Assembly (NCBI GenBank): GCA_030141605.1
Contig: JAQGDQ010001291.1
Location: 1-49,415 of the forward strand
Direction: 5' to 3'
Length of the DNA stretch: 49,415 bases
DNA from: Tubiluchus corallicola
Lineage: Eukaryota; Animalia; Priapulida
The notes beneath the pieces were generated by a model, which saw only the letters and a program-made list of their open reading frames with translations, did not search any database and was not told the DNA's origin. Position 1 is the stretch's first letter, and every line of letters begins with the position of its first letter. Below are positions 39,130 to 49,415 of this stretch, one piece after another. The translations under genes were made by a program, and so were the position numbers.

Positions 39130-39188
39130 AGTGAGTTTAATAAGTAATTTTAAAACAAAAGTTAAAAGAAAAAGGTGAAAAAACTGAC

Positions 39189-39276
39189 CACTGGACGAAG
39201 AATCACTAAGACTGCTGCGATCATCACCACTGTCTGTCATTGTTGAAATGACGTCACTGCTTAGATTTTTAGTGTC
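39189..39276 (-). CDS. Mirror of putative exon E
   Basis: Mirror of 10140-10227. Confidence 0.6.
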
Positions 39277-39757
39277 CTAAAATAAATCAAATGAAAATAT
39301 TTTTTAATTCAATTATTTATTTATTTAGTTGTTTACTTATTTCCTCCTCTGTTCGCACATTGATTGTCTATACGTTCATTCATTCCTTCAGTTGTCCTTC
39401 CGTCCGTCCGTTGATTACGAAATAAAAAAGTTATTTTAAATTTCTTCCCTTTTTAATTAGCTCATTAATTTGTTACTATTTGCCCACATAACGTTTTCTG
39501 CTCTTTTATTAGTTTTACTTATTCACACTCTTATTCATTCATTATTTTGCACATTTTTCTTTCATTCGTTGCTTAATCATTCTTTCACTCCGAGTTTTTT
39601 CTTTGCTTCTCTTCAGAAAAGGACAGGCTGTGCTTTTGAGAAGTGAAAGTGAAAATAAAATCTTTTTAACTTGTTTCTCTATTCTGTACAACCTCTATTC
39701 TTAAACTTAAAAAGTATTCGATACATGCTACATTCTCTATTATGTTAATTTCTGTTT

Positions 39758-39866
<109 letters not shown>

Positions 39867-41211
39867 TTATTAGTTTATCACCATTTTTAAAATATCAAAA
39901 TACATAACTAACAGATTTATAAATCTGTACAACATACAATAATATTACAAAGTACAAATTAATTATTGATTAGTGGTGAAAGGGTGGCGAAAGAACTATA
40001 AGTTATCGAGGTCAGCCACCCTCTCAGGATTGTTACTAATATAATTAATTAGTTAATGCGCACGTACCAGGTAATTAAAAATTATCAGATTTTGTATTTA
40101 AGATGAATGAAAATTGAATTATTGTACGAATGTTTTAGTTTCTAATAAAATAATGTTCAATAATGGGAAAGGAGAGACACACGTGACTATCTTTAAATAA
40201 CAATTTAACCATTACGTATTTAAAATTAATGTTATGAGGACCTAATATTAATATTATAAAAAGGTTAGTCTTTATTTAAGTTGAGCTGTAAGTTTATGTA
40301 TGTCGTACATTTTGCATGTAATGTAGAAAATTATAGTTTCTACAGCACTTGTAAGCAGGTGTGTCTACGGTGTGTCAGGTAAAATTAAGCAGCTGCTCTG
40401 TTAAATTCCAGACGTGACTTCTCATTGTGCACATTGTTTGGACACTCAGAGTCCGTTAGGTGACCAGCTGCTATGTCCAGAATTCATTATTAGGCTCTGC
40501 CCAGAATTCGTATTTGCACATGCACTAATTTTTTGTGAATTTCACGTTAAATAAAAATAGTTTTATTTCTCATTTACGTAAGGGCTTATTTTGTCAATGA
40601 AGTAGTCATTATTGTGAAATAGTTACAGAGACATTGTACTCTGACGACAGTAAGTTACAACTGGAGTAGCTGGGTGCACAGTTTAGGGCCTAATTATGCA
40701 CTTCCATTGAAAGTGACCCTCAAGTTAGTTCAAATGCTAAATGGTAAAAGTATGTGAAATGATCGTAATGAATGTATTGATTATAGAAATGTAAGTAAGT
40801 AACCCCAGTATGAATAACAGAACACTAAATTTAAGAAACATTAGAAAGAACAATCAATATGGAAAGAATTCCATTACTAAGCAAGCAATACAACTTTGGA
40901 ATTCATTACCGACATCACTAAAACACAGCAGCTCTTTATCAATATTCAAGTCTAAATTAAAAAAACATTTAATGACTCGTTTTGAATATCCGACATATGA
41001 ACACGATGATACTCACTCAAATTTTAATTTCATTTTTCCTAGACCTTACTAAACTAGTTTTTATTTTATTTTTGAATTTCTAGTTGCAATTATAGTTTAG
41101 CTTGCACCAGACGCATTTGCCCAGAACAGTGAATGTTTTTTATATGAACTAACACTGATTCTCTGTCTTTTAATATGATGGTCAATGTTTTAAAATGGCA
41201 AATAAAGATTT

Positions 41212-41297
<86 letters not shown>

Positions 41298-41310
41298 ATG
41301 AGTTATATAC

Positions 41311-41418
41311 CTGTTGAGTTACGTTAATGGTAACAGGACTGTGAACTCCTTCTCTTTTTCCTTCTGCTCTGTGTTCCCTCTTACAGCGTTTCTCAAAAAT
41401 AATTTTTGCTTGCGTGTC
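41311..41418 (-). CDS. Mirror of putative exon D
   Basis: Mirror of 7998-8105. Confidence 0.6.
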
Positions 41419-41888
41419 CTAGCGAAAAATTAAGAATATAATCTCTATAGCAATTCTACAATCATTTTATACAAAGTAACATTATTTTTATCAAGTTCAA
41501 TTATATCGATCTATAGCCAAGCAGTTAAGCCACACGAGACTCGGTCAATAACTGACAGTTGACCACAAGCAAGACTGCATCTTGACAGTTTCATGTGTCT
41601 GCTCGTTGATGTACACCAATTTGAACGTAGCTAAGATATTTCTGCCGTTCAGTGTCGAGGATCACAATTGATAACGAGCTACATCCCTGTCCCGCCATAA
41701 CCATCTACAACCGGCTTGTATCGTGGAGATGATATAATCATCAGAAAATGGCACTTATTATCAACTCAATGGCACATGGAGCAGGGCCGGGCTTAGGTAA
41801 TTGGAGTCCCTAGGCGAAGTGAATTTGGTGGCCCCAAATGAAATAGAAAAATAAAAAATAAATACGAAAAAAATAAAATTACGTAATT

Positions 41889-41931
<43 letters not shown>

Positions 41932-43825
41932 GAGGCAGTATGTTCGCATAAAGCAAAAAAATGTTACCTCGGCGTGAGGCCCCCTGGAGCATGAGGCCCT
42001 GGGCTGTTGCCTAGTTTGCCTATGCTTAAGGCCGGCCCTGCATGGAGTACAGTATAGAGTATAATTCATATAAGTTTAAATAATTTATAATTTACGTTCA
42101 ATATCAAAATCACAAAGCTAACCTATTCTCCACCTCCAAATATTGCTATTTTAGAGCCTGCATTATATATAGAAAAAATATTCAAAACCTCAAAGGAAGG
42201 CGCATCTAAGATGACAAGAAGTTAGACACGCAAACAGGAACAAATTTTTCAAAAGTACTCATGCACAAAATTCTCAAAATGGGGCTGGAAAAAATAGCAC
42301 AAATTTAAAGTGATAATCAAACTGATTAGTGCTTGAATGTAACAGCAGGTTAAAGGAGCTAACGAGCCTTAAACAACCCTAGCGCCACCTCACTGAACAG
42401 CTGTTAACCCCCACCTGCTTGTATTATCCCTCTCACACGAGCCCCATTCATTCTCCTCTATGCAATAAGGCTAGTCTGAGACAGAGAGAGCTGGGTATTG
42501 TGTCTGGGAGGTAACCTGAATGAAATCTATTCTGACCTCTGCATATAGTGCATGTGGGACAATGCAGACGGGGCGAACAAAGAGATGACGATATGGTGTT
42601 TTATTACGGTTAACTGTATTTCTATTGTTACGTTTCACAATAAAAGGCATCTGCTATGATCTATTTTTCCTACGTCTGCAGGATTTAAGATTGCCTTGCT
42701 AGAAGTAGCCGGTTAGATTTACTCATAGTCATAAGTCATAAGTCATTTATTTCACATTACACATTTACAATGGTTACATGTACAATATCTAGTGAAAGGG
42801 CCTACAATGAACATGATACAAATAAGAAATACTGCACAGGAAAAGCCTCAAACACTGTTCACTTATACACGAAGGTAAATGTGTTGCGGGCAATCAAAAA
42901 GCAGGGCTTGTTAGATTGTCTCACACAGTGATAGAAAAAAAGTAATGGAGATAATCTGAAATTTTAAAGTAAATCGTGATAAAAAAACATTAGTGCTTAA
43001 AATGGAATGATGTAATGATTGAAGCTCATATATGGGATGATGTAAAAGATAGAAAGACTATTATTTGTTAATAGTATGTAAAATTAAAATAACATGATTA
43101 AGCTAACACCACAGTTTTGCAACTACTGTGAGGATGGATACTGATAGAAATTTTGAATTACTATTTAAAAATCACAACTCCATCAATGCCTGCACTTCTA
43201 TGTTGAAACGCATACTGCTTAATTTGAGGACGTTTATTAAACTGCTAAAAAGTGAAAAAAGATCAAAGACTGTATACTTTTTTCACACTCGCAGTGAATA
43301 ACAATAATGTTTTAATTATAATTCATTCGACTAATTAAACTCATTAAAGCAAAGCAAAAGCAGAACTCGTCAACAATAGGATCGTCGCTGTTACTTGCAA
43401 CACAGACGTTACAGAAAAATCAGGTCTATAAATCTTGAAAAGCCCCTGGACAAAAAATAATTCCACTTGAACGTTGAACAAAGAGAAAATGAACGATGAA
43501 AATAAAGCACAAAGTGCACAACTGCCATACTTTTTTGTTAGTTTAATATTAATTTCAGGTAGATGACGCCACAGCATATAAACATCACCTAGTAAATACG
43601 TAGTATAACAATACAGCGCGAATGCAAAAATCTGATATTATACGTATGCGCGACATCTATTGACAAGAATACCATTTTAAGTTGATATCCGTTAATATTG
43701 AAAAAGATTTTGACGAAGTCACGAAAACAATTATAAGTATATAGGCCAAAAGTTGGTAAAGAGTTCACTGGAAAAAAACTTTAGTTGATATTGTCAGTAA
43801 ACATGTCTTGTACACGTATCCTAAC

Positions 43826-43889
43826 CTGGTGAGATCTTTTCTTTGAAATCATGGGTGAGATGTGCATCTCCTCTTCTCTCTCTGACGTC
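43826..43889 (-). CDS. Mirror of putative exon C
   Basis: Mirror of 5527-5590. Confidence 0.55.
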
Positions 43890-45540
43890 CTACAAAAACA
43901 GCATAAACTATTAAGAAAACGAAATTACAGTTTCCTGACACATTCCTATGAGAAATGTTCAGTATATCACAACACGCTTATCAATCACGACTCATTAAAC
44001 AAAAAGGTTCATTTGGCACAGGGCCAAATTCCTCACGCCTCCATGGTGAAAACTATATAATCACAGTAGTTTGATTTTAGTGGTAAAACAGGTAGTAGTG
44101 TAGGAGTAGTGTAGGAGCTTACTAAGCAATACAGTAGCCAGCACACATACGACCAAAGTCGAAAGTGCTGTTAAGCTGTATAAGTGCGTAGGCGTGAGAA
44201 AATTGGCACAGCGCCAAAGCGTGTGCACACTGCGAGTCCAGTAAGACAAGTTCAACTACTAGTATCAAATGCAATTGCTTTGTGACTCGTCTGCTGTGCT
44301 ATGCCAGTTTTGTAATATTTTACTTTTATTAATGAACTACAATCATCCATTTCCTTCCTGTACAAGTTACATCAGTATGTAGGCGTATAAAACTGCTAAC
44401 CGCTTACTTATTACATGTATAACCTTTTTAATAGACGTCCTAACATTATTCTTAGGACATAATTAACGTACTTTTTTGTTTATATACAGTGTGTTGTTTA
44501 TACAGTGGACTATCATGCGATGATATTCTTTTTATTTGCTAGTTGCTTCCTATTTATTTTCATCGATTTTTCCAATGAAGTGTCATTACCACAACTATTG
44601 CCGTTGCTGTTGCTAATGCTGCTGTCACTATCACTGTCACTTACCACCATATTTGTAGGGGTTACAATACTTATTTGATGAATGTTTTTTGTTCGTTTCT
44701 GCCTTGCAACGTAATGGGTATTGTAACCCCTACAATAATGGTGGTAAGTGATAGTGATAGTGGCAGCAGCATTAGCAACAGCAACGGCAATAGTAGTGGT
44801 TACATTAATTATAAATTATAAATTAGTTACAGTACGCCTGCTATATTATAAGTCCACAGCCAGTACGTTAAAAAACACAAACTTTCGTAAATAATTGAAA
44901 TTTGCGCCTTTTTAGTATTATAATTTGAGCTGCTAGGAACATCGGGGCTTTTAATACTAATTCTTGCTTAACTAATATAATGGGAAAACAAAGGAAATGC
45001 AAAATCCAAGAACACACAATATTAAACAAACACGCACTAATAACAAATACGACAACAATTGTATCACTAAACAAGGAGTTCAACTTTGGAATACCCTGCC
45101 ATCAAAACAAATCGAGTCTTTTGACGAATTCAAATCAAAATTAAAAATACATACATTAAATCGTTTTGAAAACCCTACATACGTAAACGATAATATATAT
45201 TCATTCACAAATTTTATTTACCCACGTCCATTTTAAATTATGTGTATATATTGTATATAGTCTATTATAATTTCCGTGTAATATTATAATGTATATTTTG
45301 CTTTAAATTTTTGGCACAGTAGTTTTTAGTTTGCACTGGACGCATTTGCCTTTAACAGTTGTGTGAATTTTATTCTCATGCTGCGGTGTTCTTTTATGCT
45401 TTTATAGTTATGAATATCGATTTTTTATGGCAAATAAAGATTATTATATATATATTACACTCCGTATGCACATTACAACGAATAGCACCAATTAAGCAGC
45501 AGGTGTATGCCAATTGTTAATTTAGTACTGCAAATCGTAC

Positions 45541-45602
45541 CTAGCGTTGGAATTGCTTGCCGAGCAAATAGGTTTTTCTATCGCACCTTGCTCAGAAGCC
45601 AT
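45541..45602 (-). CDS. Mirror of putative exon A; candidate start of the TTLL4-like gene
   Basis: Mirror of 3814-3875; same strand as, and upstream of, the TTLL exons. Confidence 0.5.
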
Positions 45603-46377
45603 TATAAACCACATAAACTAGTCATAAATGCACAACAAAACTTTACAAATGTCACAACATAATCGCAACTACAATTTGCACATAATGATGCTGTCTAATC
45701 ACGCTGTTTCTTCATCACGCTGTCTCTCTGTTCAAAGTAACACACTTTGGAAAAAAACATTCACTGACGCTTACGAATATTCATATTTGCTGTAATACTG
45801 GTTAACAGCTGATCGTATTTAAAGCTTTAGCAGGAACCTCTAGACATCCAAGAAGCAGACGGTAGACAGCTGCTCTTGTGTACATTCACAACAGCTGCGG
45901 CAGGCGCATGCGCACACGCTATCACTCACGTTTCTGATCAGTGGGGCAGGAAATTTCGAGTTTGCTACTATCTCAATTACGTTACGCTTAAATTTTACAA
46001 AGATAATGGGTAAAAAGCTTTATAAATCTCACTGTATGTATCGTGCAAATGCAGGATGGGTTGAATAAAACGGTTTTCATATACAGTAACAAATTCCAGA
46101 GTGAATTGTAAAAACACACCAGTGATGACGTCATAATTATAATAAAGCTAATTTAAAGTTACTCAGTCGCAGACGAAATATACAGCTATATAAGCTAGAT
46201 AAAGATCTGCTAAGGATTTATATTATATTACTTTTTCATATTTTCGCATGGGGTTATTGTACTCTACTCACGCGCGCAGATATTTTTCACTTCATATATA
46301 ATATTATGTGTGAAATTTCTTTTCGTACTTTTTCCAAATCCTAGGCCTACGCTGCATCTTTTATTCTGAAGTTGCGC

Positions 46378-47155
46378 ATACAATGAAAAATGTCTGTGAA
46401 AACTGAGTCTGCTAAGGTACTTCTATAAAATACAACCTTTAGCAGACCTTTACTTTTACACTTGATTAGAACAACAAGTCTTACATATAATAAGAAATGT
46501 CTGTGAAAACTGAGTCTGCTAAAGTACTTCTATAAAATACAACCATTAGCAGACCTTTACTTTTACACGTGATTAGAACAACAAGTCTTACATATAATAA
46601 GAAATGTCTGTGAAAACTGAGTCTGCTAAAGTACTTCTATAAAATACAACCATTAGCAGACCTTTACTTTTACACGTGATTAGAACAACAAGTCTTACAT
46701 ATAATGAGAAATGTCTGTGAAAACTGAGTCTGCTAAAGTACTTCTATAAAATACAACCATTAGCAGACCTTTACTTTTACACTTGATTAGAACAACAAGT
46801 CTTACATATAATAAGAAATGTCTGTGAAAACTGAGTCTGCTAAAGTACTTCTATAAAATACAACCATTAGCAGACCTTTACTTTTACACTTGATTAGAAC
46901 AACAAGTCTTACATATAATGAGAAATGTCTGTGAAAACTGAGTCTGCTAAAGTACTTCTATAAAATACAACCATTAGCAGACCTTTACTTTTACACTTGA
47001 TTAGAACAACAAGTCTTACATATAATGAGAAATGTCTGTGAAAACTGAGTCTGCTAAAGTACTTCTATAAAATACAACCATTAGCAGACCTTTACTTTTA
47101 CACTTGATTAGAACAACAAGTCTTACATATAATGAGAAATGTCTGTGAAAACTGA
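46378..47155. repeat. 107-bp tandem repeat, mirror copy
   Basis: Mirror of 2261-3038 with 3 substitutions seen. Confidence 0.96.
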
Positions 47156-47501
47156 ATAACTCAATGGCCGTAAATTCACTTGGTTTACGTATAAAACTTC
47201 TCAGAAAAGTACAGAGCAAGAGTCGCATAACAAGAATCCTCCCTTATCCAACCAGTTTAACATTAAAACATCCCTCACGCACTAGTTGTACGCCTGCAGC
47301 GGTACAACTTCCGGTGAATATAAATACGAGACCGGAAGAACATTAGAAACAGGTGAAAAGGTGTCGTCAAATTTATATACATTATCCATAAAATTAATAA
47401 ATGTTGTGTTACTACCCGAAAAACCGAATTAAAAATAAGGGGGCGGGGTAGTATCCATAATAATACTTATATAAGTTAACAATGTTTATACAAAATTAAC
47501 A

Positions 47502-47635
47502 GTTAGGGTTAGGGTTAGGGTTAGGGTTAGGGTTAGGGTTAGGGTTAGGGTTAGGGTTAGGGTTAGGGTTAGGGTTAGGGTTAGGGTTAGGGTTAGGGTT
47601 AATTAGGGTTAGGGTTAGGGTTAATTAGGGTTAGG
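47502..47635 (+). repeat. Interstitial telomeric repeat (TTAGGG)n, mirror copy
   Basis: Read directly. Confidence 0.97.
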
Positions 47636-49415
47636 AAATTAATAATAGGACCGCCGATACTTTCTTGTTTAATCAAGTATGGTTGAGGCTTAGAAACTTT
47701 ACATTTTCAATATTAATTTTTCTTCAGAAATAAACAAATCGTTCATAGTTAGTTACACGCCGTAATGAAAAATAAACAAAATTATCTAATAAAATGAAAA
47801 TTATGTACACACGTGATTTAAGTATATACCTCTATTTTAGGTTTAGTTTAGATGTGTGATTTGCATCTGAAAGCTGATGCGTCTCAAGCAGGTAGTGCAA
47901 AGATTTTAGTTATAAATAATTATATACCTCAATTCATATTTCAATCATACATGATTAGTACATTCATAATCCTATCTCCACGTCTCAACAAGTATAATTG
48001 TGTTAAAACGGGTAGTCAACAGTTAAAACAGAATAAGCAAACAGTTTTCTCTGCGCACTAATTAATCAAGTTACTTTTGCTGCAGCAATGCATTAATCCA
48101 ACTTGTCAGACAAACCAAAACAAGTTTTGATTTGAACCAGCTACGTGCGTGCTTATATCTAAATAAACGTAATTTCGGTTTATACAATACGTGTGTTACA
48201 GAATGAATCGGACAACTGCATTGCTAGTTTTTCATCAATTTTTAGATTAACGTAATGAGTCAATTTGTAACCAAGTAGCAGTAATAGTGCAGTACTGAGT
48301 GGTACATGAAGTTTTGCTAAGCGTGGTTAAATAAGTAATAATACTGATCAATTTATTACATCAGACTACTAATGAAACAACTGTGAATCTATAATGCCCT
48401 CAAAATAAAGTGTAAAAATTTATTGCAAAAATCTGAAACTGAAGCTGAATTTGAATCAAAGGGAAGAAATGGAATCAGTGTTGGACCTGGATTCGAACTT
48501 TGTACCATCGGATTGCAAAACTATCAACACTTTCTCACGAGTCTAACACCCTGTGATGAGGGCGGACTTATGTCAAGTTACTCTAATTAGAGTAATTATT
48601 AATTAGACTATTTTCTGTAAATTAATTCAGAGTCCATGATCTTCCGTGACGAATAATTTAATTACTTATAAGCCTAATTTCAAGATTATTAATTTTTTGA
48701 CCAAAAAGAATGCAATGTGTAACCTGGATTAGAACTCGAACCGTTACACTACTGTGCAAACTGTCCATTACAACCACACAAACCTTTGTAAGCAAACCCA
48801 GTCTTATTTACAAATCAGTAAATCAATCAATAAATCAACAAATCCCGATTTCAATAATCTTGAATACGGAATTATAAATAATGAATATAATATTGTATTT
48901 TTACTTGAAAAGTACATTGTATAAATCTCAATAAGGCCTTTCAACACATCTATCACACCAGCTTGTCTGTTGCATAATAATCGATAGCATGTTCTTGGAT
49001 CATCTGAGAACAAATTTGTCCTTGAAAATAACTTCAGTGTTCATGATGGTTTTGAGGCCTGGTGGAGATCCAAGCCATTCATTTTGACCCAAAACTAATA
49101 ATCGCAAAGCTTTCGGGTCGCTGCTCCAATCATATCCTTAAGACTGCTAACTGTGTGAGACCTAGCGGCGCTTTTCCCACTAAATTTTGAAAATGTGATG
49201 GATGTGCAATTGTTTCAACAGTATATCGATGTAATTATTGTATTAAGTATTAAGAGTAAAACAGTTTGATAATGGTGATCACCTGCATTCTTTTTCCACA
49301 GTAATCTTAATAAAACGTGACTATGTTCAACAGGTTACTGAACACTTTATAATCATGATCACAGTTTTTCTTAGTTCTCGCTCCATTTCATCTTTCATTC
49401 ACTACTCCCCCCCCC

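Overview
AT-rich eukaryotic (most likely animal) genomic DNA with spliceosomal GT-AG introns, TTAGGG repeats and LINE/MITE relics; I see no prokaryotic genes or CRISPR array. The whole window is one giant inverted repeat: 1-22557 is the reverse complement of 26418-49415, around a unique 3,860-bp spacer (22558-26417). The only recognisable gene is a divergent TTLL4-like tubulin glutamylase on the minus strand. Four homologous exons (24430-24281, 23059-22952, 19402-19326, 17655-17458) splice in frame and stop at ...WIYKP, before the catalytic core. Five further phase-compatible exons in the outer arms probably encode its N-terminus. The last two TTLL exons are also present inverted (30013-30089, 31761-31958) inside the putative intron. 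Nearly all long ORFs in the track are stop-free tandem repeats (units of 78, 42, about 30 and 103 bp) and are not genes. The arm differences I found by eye cluster in repeats, and there is an out-of-register seam at 27145/27146. The most parsimonious reading is a local inverted duplication that an assembler extended into a full-length mirror, but a real palindromic molecule cannot be excluded from sequence alone.
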